Under the pieces are notes generated by a model. It saw only the letters and a list, made by a program, of their open reading frames with translations. It searched no databases and had not been told where the DNA came from. Shown here in pieces: positions 27,181 through 39,212 of a stretch of DNA of 64,000 bases. The stretch comes from Octopus bimaculoides (lineage: Eukaryota), in NCBI RefSeq assembly GCF_001194135.2, contig NC_068986.1, positions 20,553,349 to 20,617,348 of the forward strand, in the 5' to 3' direction. How positions within the stretch are numbered: position 1 is the stretch's first letter; every line of letters begins with the position of its first letter. The translations under genes and the position numbers were made by a program.

Positions 27181-27835
27181 CTAGGGAGCCTTCTGGGCCT
27201 TTCAGAGAATCTGTTTCCTGTGTGCGCTATTCCTGAAAATCTACTGGATAATATTTTATACAATTTGAGCATTTTGAGCAAACCTATATGAAAACTAATA
27301 GCAAAGCTGCTTTTCATATCAAAAATACTGTTTTGGATAAAGTTAAAAGCTTAAAACTGTCTTTGAAATTGATGTTGAGTTGCATCTATCACTTTCCAAA
27401 AAGCATAAAACTACATACCAGAAGTTAATAATAATTAAAAAAAAAATATTTTTCAACTGGTCAGTACAAGATTCCATAGTAACTAAATGTACAAGCCAAT
27501 AAAATACATTTTATAAGTATAATCACCAAGTATTTTGTGGTAGCTGGTAATAGACATTTCTTTTGTGTAATCCTTTTCCAAGGAAGGGTGCGTCACCATT
27601 TGGTCATGAGGTATAGCTTGTGATTTAGCCCAAATTTAACATTTTAGTGCTGAATAATATTCAAAGGGCAAAGGCTAGGATATAGTAGCCTCTACCTATT
27701 TTGAAATGGATTTGAACACAATCCAAGAACTAATTCATTAAATTTCACTTGTCTGTATTAATACTGACAACATATTTGATTTCCATATGTTGTTATAAAT
27801 TATACATAATAAATTTTCCTTAATGGCTCGTGTGC

Positions 27836-27874
27836 ATCTCTTCAGGTGTGTATCTCTTCAGGTGTGTATCTCTT
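27836..27874 (+). repeat. 16-nt tandem repeat ATCTCTTCAGGTGTGT x2.4
   Basis: Units at 27836-51 and 27852-67, partial unit at 27868-74. Confidence 0.9.
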
Positions 27875-28343
27875 GACCATGGTCCTGCCCCCCACCCCCG
27901 TGCTTAACAGCTATTTTGTAAACCTCAAAAATTGAATATTTTATTTTGTTCATGTAATATATAAATCCATTGACCTGTTAATCTGCAGTTGATGTAATGG
28001 TTGTTTGCTCAATGCTCTAATCTGCCAATATTTCACACACACACACACACTAGTAGGATCAATTTAGTTCATAATTGAATCACTTCTGTGGAGTAATGCT
28101 TTACTAACAAAGGATTCATAAAAGGCACTATTTTATATTTTTCCCTCAAAAAACAAAAAAACGGTTGACAAATTTTATTGTCCTTAATAATTTTAAACTG
28201 GGAGTTACCCATTCAATAAAATTCCTGTGGATTGATTTTAATCATTTTTCATATTTTTAAAAACTTGACTGCTGATTATTCACTGTTGTCAACATTCTGT
28301 ACCACTGAACACTAATGATCGTCTTTTTTGATTTCTACACAAG

Positions 28344-28616
28344 CAATGCAGGTGTGCTCACTGCTATCAAATAGTGTGCCCGCCTGGTCAGTCAGTCACT
28401 CGTGTCTCCTGGGTCAGTCACTAGCTGTGGGTCGGTCAGCGGTTGGTCATCTTCTACCTACTCCCGGCCCAGCCTGGCCAGGGCAGGCTGCTGCAGCAGC
28501 ACCAGGACCAAAGGACAGACTCCTCCTAGTTGACTACTACTACAGAGCTATGAATGAATACATTGGTATTAGTAGACATCTCTGAGGTGTGAGCTGAAGG
28601 TATTGTATACTTAAAT
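28344..28616 (+). other. Candidate decoy/poison cassette exon in OGT intron 4
   Basis: GC-rich island in an AT-rich intron. Acceptors AAG (28343) and CAG (28351) follow a T-tract. Candidate donors at 28587, 28589, 28600 and 28617. Stops TAG 28422-24 or TGA 28583-85, depending on the acceptor. Confidence 0.55.
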
Positions 28617-31476
28617 GTGAGTCAATTTCAGTTGTAGTCCCTGGCTATTTGTCTCCTATTTCTGCAGTGTAATGACATCTCTTTTACTGATTCATGATGG
28701 TCAAGTGTGATTTGGGGCAGTTTGGATTGCAAATTTCACCACCTAATGACATATATATATTTTCCTTTGGTTATAGTTTTTGCTGCTGGCTTTGAAACTG
28801 TTTTCCTCTTCATTGTTATAAAGGACACAGCTTAATTTGACTCCACCTTCAAAATTGTTGATGGAAGTAATATTTGTTTTAATTTCAGTTATCTTAGATG
28901 ATGAGAAAGCATTTAGTTCATATAACAGTTGAAATTTCTCTTGACTAATAATAGAATATTCTTATCACTGAATTAAAAAGAAATACTAATTTAAGAACCG
29001 ACAGGATTAACTAATTTTAGTTTACCCTCTCCTTTAAGTTTTACAAAATGCTGGTCTATAAAAATACACCCTTTAGATGTTGTAGTGTAATAAAAAAAAA
29101 TGTCTATATAATTTAGTAGATATATCTTTTTTATTGCATCTTAAAGTGTCTTTAGTCAAAACCATTCACTTGATTTAATTATGTGCAGTTCTCTTCTTGG
29201 AATTGATTTTGAATGCTGAAGGCGCACCCTTGGTATAAGAACTTCATTGGCAAAACATGCTGCAAGGGCAACAACCTGTTCACACCATGGTTGTTAAGTT
29301 TTTTTTTTTTTTCATTCACTGTTTTCTTTGGCACACTGCAGTTTATTTGTTGACTCTTAGTTCTCTTGTATTTAGCCCCTTTCTAGTAATAAATAGTCTT
29401 TTGTTGCTGTCATAAATGTTTTCCAAATTTTTTTTTTTTAAATAGATATTTTGTATTTGATTTTGATTTGTTTAAATTGTATAACTTATATGGAATTTGA
29501 AATTCTAATTGATATAGTTGTGAACTATTTGATTAAACATAGCTTTTTTGGTAAGTACAGCTAACTGAGAATATTCATTGAATCTAGTTAATTTAGCATT
29601 TTTTTGTTTTGTTTCGAAATCATTTTTGATTTCGCATCTGTTTTTGAAAGGAGACGACAAAAAACGTAATTCTGTGTTTTAACCTTTTAACACCTCAAGT
29701 GGTGTTAGTAGAATATATTGAAGTGTTTTTTGTTTTAATTTTTTTTTCTTGAAAGAATTATTACAATTTACAAATTTGCCCTGGTAAGAACCATTATGGC
29801 AAGACTTCATTTTTCAAAATCAGCTTAGTTAAGTGGATATTTTATTTTTGTTTCAACTTACTGTATGTTTAGTATACTTTTTCTTTATACAGTGTAATAG
29901 TTCTAGTTCTTCACGCAATCAATTTTCTGAATAATATGCTATATATATATGCTTTTCTAGTTTCTGAGGTAGGTGTAAGAAGTAACTATTGAAGGAGATG
30001 ACTGAAGAAAATCATTGTTCAAGAATACACGGTGTAGGATTAGGACTGAATCTTGCTCAGAAAATCTGCATCTTAAATGCCATCGGCACTCCTTTAGTTA
30101 TGGTAATCTTAGTAACAGCATATATTTGAAGTATTTGTATTTTATATCTACTTAATATGTATGCAAGAGAATGTAGGATGCTGCATGGTGAAATGGTTTT
30201 GGAGAAGTTACACATCGTCACACGACTCATCGAGTAACATTGAATGTTTTACACTTGGTCTTTCAATGAAGATTCCCTGCTGTTGTTTCCTATTGGATTC
30301 CTAGAAGCCTACAATTGCACAATGTTCTGCTTTCTCAGTGTGCAGTAAACCATGAAGAGTTACAGATCTTTACCAGTGACAGGATGTCAAACCAGATACA
30401 TTGAAATCAAAATGGAACAGTATAATTTATTTTACTCAATATAACTTTCCATGGAAGTTTAAAAAAAAAGCAAAATGCAGTTTCATATAAGATATATTTG
30501 GAATGCTGCTTAGTTTCAAATTATTTTAAATTACCTGAAATATAATTTTGATACAGTGTTTAATTGATGATGATGATGATGATGATGATCACTCATATAG
30601 TATGAAGATGCTTTCCCATTCTTTGCTTGATCTATTATTTGCTTGAGCTGTATTTTGCTCAAAAGTTATGGCAAGGAAATTAGTTAAAAGCTACTGCATG
30701 TATGAACCAGTATTTTTGCATTTTATGAAATGGAATTTCTTCAAAATGTAGTCAGTGTGTCACATAATTAAAATTTTCCATCAGAAATTGGTTGATAAGG
30801 GCTGACAGAAATAGCATATTTTCTTTTATGCATTATTTACAGTAGAGGATTCCTGTTTCATGTTTTTTTTTCATTATTATTGTATGAGGAATTTGTCCCA
30901 GAATATATATTAAAGTGTTGTTTTTTTTTCTATTTAAGTAAAAGGGTGAGAATTTATGTCCTTGCTTTCTGCTGAGATTATTAGTGATAGAATATTTCTT
31001 GTTTGGTTTCTTTGAATGGTGATTTTGTTTTCTTTTCCTCTCTCTCTTTCTTTCTATCCTACTGTCCCATGTAACAGCTTTACCTCTTTATGCCATTATA
31101 CTGCAGTTGAAAGGATATTGATATGCCCTAAAATACAAGAAAAATAGAAAACAAAAACACCAGCATCAAATAACTTAATTTGTATTATTAAAAGTGACTA
31201 CTATAATACTGATTTTTTAAGGTTCTTTTCATATTTTTTCATACAAGCTTTTTTTTATAAAGTCATTTTTCATAACATCACTAATTTCTCCAAAATTATT
31301 GCTAATTTTTCAGAATAATTGTTTTTCTATCTTTTTTCATTTTTCTTCTATTAGATTTTTTTTTACATTTTTATTTCGTTTCTTTACAATTTTTTTCTTT
31401 GTCTATTTCATTTATATATTTCTATATCAGTATTTTTGTGTGTATGTATTTTATGCAGTTACTTTTTTATTCCCTT

Positions 31477-31521
31477 AGCGCGCGAAGCATTGCGCGGACG
31501 CACTTGATCGCAGGCGAATAG
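31477..31521 (+). promoter_or_regulatory. GCGC-rich intronic island 1 (candidate splicing-regulatory element)
   Basis: AGCGCGCGAAGCATTGCGCGGACGCACTTGATCGCAGGCGAATAG, directly after a ~280-nt T-rich tract and a TAG; shares three motifs with island 2. Confidence 0.5.
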
Positions 31522-32400
31522 ATAATTTTTTTTTAGATGTCAGATTTCTTCTCTTGTATTTTAAAGTTTCTTCATCTTGCCATGGATGACTTGGATGTCT
31601 TCAATTTATCCAAAATTTTTTGACTGATAAATTCTAAAAGTACATTTTAATTCACTTTGGGCTATATAAATAACACCTTATTTAAGTGTTTTATTTTGCA
31701 AAATTTGTAATAATTAGTGAAGGGAGTGTCAGTTTTTCAATGTTAACAGCAATATCGTGTTTTAGTTAAGGAAAAATTAAAAAGAAAACGAGCAGAAGTT
31801 TTCATTGGAATAATAACTAGAGTTAGAGAAATACTTCAAAAAGTCATGTGTGTGTGGCTACCCATGAGATGAGGCAGCTTATTGGGAGAAGAGAAGTGAA
31901 ACCTAATTATTTTATTTCACCAAGCAGAACGGCTTTCTTCTCCTATTATTACAAGAGAAGAGAAATGACATCTTTATTTTTTTTTAAATTTTTTTATATA
32001 CATATATATTTAATTCCATATATGTATGTATATAAAATGCGTGAATGTGTGTATGCATATATATGTGTGTATATATGCATATATATATATATATATATAT
32101 ATAATTTTTGTTTTACTTTGGTGTTATCAGCACAAGTCATCACTAATGTATGGTTTATAGAACCAAAGTTTCTTTTAGCAGCTAACGTTTCAAATATATA
32201 ATTAACTTAAATTTTAGATTTATTAAAATGTATTTATCAATATTTAATTTTACTTTTTTTTTCCCCCCCTAAAATAATTTCAATTTTTTCTTTTGCTAAA
32301 TCTCTAGATGATGCATTTATACAGATGTTAATTTGTTAGGTTGCCTAAGAAAACATGGTTCTAAAATCCTATATGCATGGTTAGTGCTTAACACAGTATT

Positions 32401-32463
32401 ATTGCGCGCGTTTAGTTCATAGTGCAAAACTTCTACTGGAGCGCAGGCGACTTGAGCGCTTTG
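32401..32463 (+). promoter_or_regulatory. GCGC-rich intronic island 2 (candidate splicing-regulatory element)
   Basis: ATTGCGCGCG…GAGCGCAGGCGACTTGAGCGCT, ~95-155 nt upstream of the exon-5 acceptor. Confidence 0.5.
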
Positions 32464-32557
32464 CTTTTGGATGTTCTTTTTAACTTTCTTTGTCTTTTGC
32501 AAACCTGTACAAACATCATTTATTTTGTTTATAACTGTAAATTTGCCTACACTTTAG

Positions 32558-32734
<177 letters not shown>

Positions 32735-34303
32735 TGATCGCATTGATGACCCCACTACTTAATTTTGTTACTTAGCTATTTTATAAAATGTCACCTACCT
32801 TTATGATGCAAAAGATGCAATGCCAACGTGATCTACACAAATATCAACACACATCACAGGCTTCTGCATGGATGCTACATACCTAATCCTCAAAGTTTTG
32901 GTTGGCCCTATGCAGTGGGATTGAACTGGGAACCAATTTGTGACATGAACTTCTTAACCACATGGTTATTTCTGTTCCAGGTCTTAAAGGAAGTGCTTGA
33001 AATAATTAAGGTATGCAACTAAACAGTACTGGTACTATGTAAGAGAAACAATGCATTGTTTTCCTTTTCTCCAGTTAATTTCACAGTATGAGTTAGGTGG
33101 TCATATTTATAAGCCCTGAACTAGGACCATTTCTTCAGTCACTTGGTATTCAAAATGGTCAGATATAGCAATACTGGTTAAATTGACCTCATTGACCAGA
33201 TGTTTTTCACATTGGTATTTCATTATCGTCTGAAGCTGTATTGTTTGCACCATATTTAAATAAATGTGATCATGAGTATGAACACTAAAGTCTATCTGAC
33301 AATACATGCAATGACTGTTAATTTCAACAAAATTATGAACATCAAAAAAAGTTTCTTACAGGAAAGTATTGCTTCCTGAATGACAGTTACATAGGTTACG
33401 TGATTAATTGCTGTATAATGGTTGACAGTAATCACATGAACTACATTTGTGAGTTAGTTTGACTGTTTCCTAATATTTACTAATACAACTTGCTAGTAGC
33501 TTAACTAGTTTGAGAATTAGGTATAAATTTTTTTTATGAAAAGCCCCCAACATAGCAATGTGGAAAGTATCCTGTCTTGTAGGAGAGAAATATTGTTATG
33601 CATATTATTAGTAGTTTTAGAAATGTTCTAACTTGATACACTTGTATTTTTTCCCCTTTGTAACTCTCACAGTATTATGCAATTTATTTCACTGTATTTC
33701 TGATATGATGGCTTAATAACATTTTTATTCAACTTCAACTCTATCATCAAGATATTTCTTGTGCATTCTTATGCACAAAGCAGGAGTTTCTTTTGAGAAT
33801 TTAGTGTCCGCTTTTTCAGAATTCATTCTAACAATGTGAGTTGTCTGAACAGTATAAATTAGTTTAACATGAAATAAAAATTGAGTGAAGTGTTTTAGAT
33901 TTTTGTTTATGCAGATCGTGTATTTTCAACTGATCTGTTTAAACGATTCTTTTGGAGTAACGTGGAGGATAGCTTAATTATTCTTGGATCACTGATTGAG
34001 AGGTGGAGTTTGTTCTAGCTTCTCTTGTGTCCTGTGATCTGCTTAAGGGCATCCAGCCTTAGAAACCTTGTCAAATCAGATTGGAACCTGGTGCAGCTCC
34101 CTGGTTTACCAATTTTCAGTCAAACTGTCCAACATATGTCAGTAGGGAAAGCAGATGTTAAACTACAATGATGATGAACATTACTGAAAGTTTTGTTATT
34201 CAGTGTGAGGATGGCTGATTTCCATTGCTCAGTTGCTTATCTGGTCAGTGTACACACAATTGTGTATTGAATATCAAAAGTGATATTTGTTTAGGGTGAT
34301 TTT

Positions 34304-34349
<46 letters not shown>

Positions 34350-34584
34350 TGATGGTAGCAGGTGTAATTTGGAGGAAATTTGACTGGTTATTTCTTGCTT
34401 CAGCCAGACCTCAGGTGAAAGCATTCTGCCTGGTTCTGTGTACATCAAGGATTTTCTTTCGAAGATTGTATGATTTTAGTTTTCAGGAACTTTATTTTTA
34501 GCAAGTTGCTAGTGCATAGATTCATTTAGTTGCTGTTTAGCACAAGGTTCTGATTAAATCTGACTTGTAATAAAATGGGTTTAA

Positions 34585-34800
34585 CCCTTTAGCATTCAGA
34601 TTACTCTGTCAAATGTAATTCTTATTTATTCACATTATTTTGAATTAATCATGCCTCACTTTGTAGCTTCAAGATTTCAATGATGCAATTGTTTACTTTT
34701 ATGATATTGTAGGATAAGTGTGAGAGGCCAAATCCAGCCAGTTCGAATGTAAACAGGTAGATTATTTTGGCTGGATGTGGCCAGCTAAAATGCTAAAGGG
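34585..34800. mobile_element. piggyBac-type MITE (subfamily 1), opposite orientation to 15690-15910
   Basis: TTAA|CCCTTTAGCATT…AATGCTAAAGGG|TTAA with perfect 12-bp TIRs. Confidence 0.85.
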
Positions 34801-37173
34801 TTAAACTTGATAATTCTTTTGTTTGTTTGTTTTTTGTACATCAGGAACTTCTTTGTCTAGTATGTCCCTCCTTAAACCCTGTTGGGTGTTTTGAAGTAGA
34901 TGAAGCTGGTATTTCTAGTAATTTCACTGACTGCATTAGATGCTCTATCAAGTATTACATGGAAGAACCTTTAATAGTTGCTCTTTAACCTCATATTAGG
35001 ACTGATAAGGTGGACATGATAAAGTGTTCCAGTTGTGGCCGCTGCAACCTCCTGACATATTTAATGTCATTCCTTTAATATTGGTTGAGTTTCCTTTTGT
35101 ACATCTGAAACTGCATTGTCCAGTATGTCTTTCCTTTTCAAAGACTGTAATTTGAGAGAAATTTGGTTACTATTATCTAGTAGTCCAAACAGCAAACACA
35201 CAAACTCTGTCATTGATTGACTACGCAATTTCCTTTAAGTGATTTTGATAGAGAAACTGTGTTAAAATTGACTTTCAAAAGTAACATTTGATACAAGATG
35301 GACTAGAAAAACTGTAAATGTACTTATGTTTGCTATAGACTGAACAAATGATGTGCGTGTAGAATATTTTGATAAATGTGTCTAAGTATATATGTATGTA
35401 TGAGTATATATACATACAAATACGTGTGTGCACATTGATGTATGTGATTTGTATAAGCATATTTATGTGCAGATAATGATACATGCATATGTAAATAATT
35501 GCATTATAAATACGCAAGCATATATTGTTTTTGTGCTTATTTGTATCAAACTTGACTACTTGTGTGACTGCAATGTAATAAATTTGTGGTTTGTATTTAA
35601 CTCCTGTTACAAGATAGTGATATAATTGTTGCAGTTGTTCTGAAGTGTTGACTTTAGGACAGTCTTATCTCAGGTCATTTGCTGATAAAGTTATAACATG
35701 CAGGTAAGAAAATGCGAAGAAAATTGAGTACATTTTACATGTTTAAACCAGAAAAATTGCTTTGAACCCCCCCCCCCCAAAAAAAAACAAACAAAAAAGA
35801 AACAACCCTTGTCATTATGTAAATATTCTGGAGACTGAGATATGACCTTAAAAAAATCCTTTCAAATATTTATAAGTGCCTAAATACTTCATGTATTATC
35901 AACATCTTTATTCTTTTGTGTTGTTTGAAATTCTACATGGTATTTACTCTTACATTTTTTAATGGAAATCTTCAAATTTGTCAAATGTTGAAGTATGTTT
36001 TAGAGGAGCAATTTAGATTTGTGAAGGAAATGCTTTGGCAGAGTGTTGTTGCAAGCTAAGATTGTTTGAAAATGTAATTAAAAAATAATTCCCCAGGGTA
36101 CTATGAAGACACAGGTGTTGACATGTCATAGAATTAATTTGCCAGTGGAAATCTGTAGATATTGAAGCATGGTAAATTTTCTTTTGTCAGCTAAAAGTAG
36201 ACTTGCTGAATGTATTTTAAAGAAACAAAATTCCTGAGATTTTAGAAACTAAGTGGTCTCAGTTTGTTTGGTTGCAAGAAATTATTTATGCAAGCAATCT
36301 GAAGCAGTTGGCTTTAGAAAGGGCATCCAGTTAGTGGAAACCATGCCAAAGCAGACATTTGACCTCAGTCCATCCCTCTGGCTTGTCAGTTCATGTTGAA
36401 CTGTTGGAGCCCTGCCAGTATGGAAAAAGGGACACTAAATTGTTATGAAACAATGCTAACACAAGCTTTTCAAGTCTATCTTGCCTCTAATCGGTGTATC
36501 ATTATTAGAGATTGTCTCCATTAGGGAGAGTAAGCCTGTAATTCAGGTGCCTAAAAGATTGAACATGATAATGGAAACTGGAGAAGTGGTGGCCAGATTT
36601 TGTTTCCATTATTTGTAATATTTATGTTCCATCTGTTTTAGTTTGATGAAATGAGAATATAAGCATAGACATTGTTTCAACTGATTATAGTACTCTCTTA
36701 GAAAGGACCTAGGTTTTATTTCCTCTTAGGCATTTATCTCCAGTGTGAAAAGTTTTGTTTTATTCTTTTTTTTGTAATTTAAAAATAAATTTTGTAATCT
36801 TGTCTACCAGCTTAATATTTAAAGAATATTAATTTTCATTGCAAAAAAAAAAACAAAACAAATTCTAATTTCTTGTCTACAGAAGTTGAATCTTTGTAGA
36901 TATGTATTATTATGACAGTCTTGCTTTCAAAATATTCTCTTTTGAAGAATAGTACAGTGTGCTCAATAACTTGGGTAATGGAATCAGTCACACCTGAAAT
37001 TACTTTTTCCTTTACCAGCAAATGAATTAATTAGCAGAAATGTATAGGGTTTTGCTTTTTACCCCTTTCTTAAGGGGCAATCTTTCATGTACTGGCTGTT
37101 AACAATCGGGCATAATTTTATCATTTAACCTTGTGGTAGTATTGAGGAATTTTCCATTTCTACTGTTACTTAG

Positions 37174-37253
37174 GCTGTGGCTTTGGATCCTAATTTTCTG
37201 GATGCCTACATCAATTTAGGAAATGTCCTAAAGGAGGCCCGGATATTTGATAG
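37174..37253 (+). CDS. OGT: OGT exon 6-equivalent (80 nt): AVALDPNFLDAYINLGNVLKEARIFD(R)
   Basis: acttag|GCT…AG|gtaagt. Confidence 0.98.
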
Positions 37254-38625
37254 GTAAGTCATTAATTTTTAGTCATTTGATTTTTGCAAAATTATACATA
37301 TTGCTTTTTACTTACATTTTAATTAGGAACATGTTATGCCATAGTTTTTTTCTTTAGAATATTTGGAATTTGAGGTAAAATTTAGTTTAACTTTTAGTTA
37401 TTTATTGATTTTTATACCATCTTGCCTGGGACTACTTCTGGTTCTATGATAGAAGCTTTGTTTTAAAGTGATCTGAATGAAAACCAGCCTTCAATATTTT
37501 TTGCATATTTATGTTCTAAAAACCAGCTTAATAATGAGTTATTTTAATGAATTCTTCATTTTTAAAATTGAAACAAAAGCGATATATTTCAACAAATATG
37601 GTAATGAAAGGGTTAGGGTTATGTTAGGTAGGAAGACTAAGAAGTAATGAGGTAATTTAAAATTTTATCATTTGATACGAGGATTAGTCAGCATTTATAA
37701 AATTTTCTTAATCTAGTATTTAAGCCATACAAGAATTTGGAATTAGATTCATGCATAAATATTGTATAGACTAATAACTTTCTCTTTAGCACAATCTTAA
37801 AAAAAAAAAAAAAAAATGAAATGATTGGGCAAAAACTGTGATACTAGTTTTTTTTTATGATGTTCCCAATCATTATCAGCCATCATGTGCAGCACTGGAA
37901 TAATTTTTAGGGTTTTAGCACAAGTGCCATATATGGAAATCCTAGACTGCCCCTCTTGGGTGTTCTTCCTTCGAACTTATTAGTTTTAATCCAGTGGGGG
38001 TGTGTTGCACATAACAGTTGCCAGTAATTTGATGGCAAAAGCTACCAGACAGAAAGCAATTCATTGATCTATGAAAGTTTTAGAGCTCCTCTCTGGACAT
38101 TCTGTTGTTGCCTTTGTTTTTAACCAAGTCTACAGAAGGATTTGACATGAGCAGTGTAACAAAATAGTCATTTAATGAATAGTGATGTTCATAGTATTGG
38201 ACACTCACTTTATGGCACTTTGGTGGACTGGGTTATTTAGGTTAAGTGTCCAGGTTGTGGTTATTGCCCACCTTTAGTGATAGGACAGTCTATGGTTTCT
38301 TAGATGATTGATCAGTACTTTTAACTTGACTCGATACGATTCTCATACAAGCTTACAATGTGTTTGCTGCAGAAAATTTTAGCTTTTTGTGAAAATAGGG
38401 AAATGTGTTACATGAACTGAAAACTGGTTAATGCAATCAAGATAGAGGGAACTTGCGTAGAAAGTGAAGGCAAATAAGATTGCTGGAACAGTTACGTGCA
38501 GTTATCTAGACGATCTTTTAACAGGAAATCTTGTTGAAAATGGACACCAGTCTTTATCTTTTAAATGCAAAAGAGATGTGTGCCATTATAGATATGTAAA
38601 GATGCTTGGACTGATTTTACTATAG

Positions 38626-38775
<150 letters not shown>

Positions 38776-39034
38776 TAAGTTTTTCTCAATTTATTCACTT
38801 TTATTACTGGTTTTTAAATATTGATAAAGTATATACTTGCTAACTTGTATTTACTATTGGGCGATCGCTACCAAATGTGAGTGAAATAACTTCCAACATA
38901 GAATCTATTTAGAATTGGTTAAATTTCCATGTACAGTTAAATGCTGAACTAAATAAATGTTTTACAGTATTCATGTCTCTTTAAGTTCATAAATATTGAC
39001 TTTACCTTTCATTCCATGATTCGGAGTTCAGTAA

Positions 39035-39212
39035 CCCATCAGCATTCAGATTACATTGTTTTGAATTAATCAGGCATTATCTCGTAGTTCTGAGATATCA
39101 GTGATGTGATTATTTTTGGAATGGCATTGTAGGATAGGCATGAGAGACTGGATNNNNNNNNNNTGGATGTAAAGCAGGTAGAATATTTTGGTCCAGCTTA
39201 AATGCTAAGGGG
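39035..39212. mobile_element. piggyBac-type MITE (subfamily 1), contains an N gap
   Basis: CCCATCAGCATTCAGATTAC…AATGCTAAGGGG|TTAA. Confidence 0.7.
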
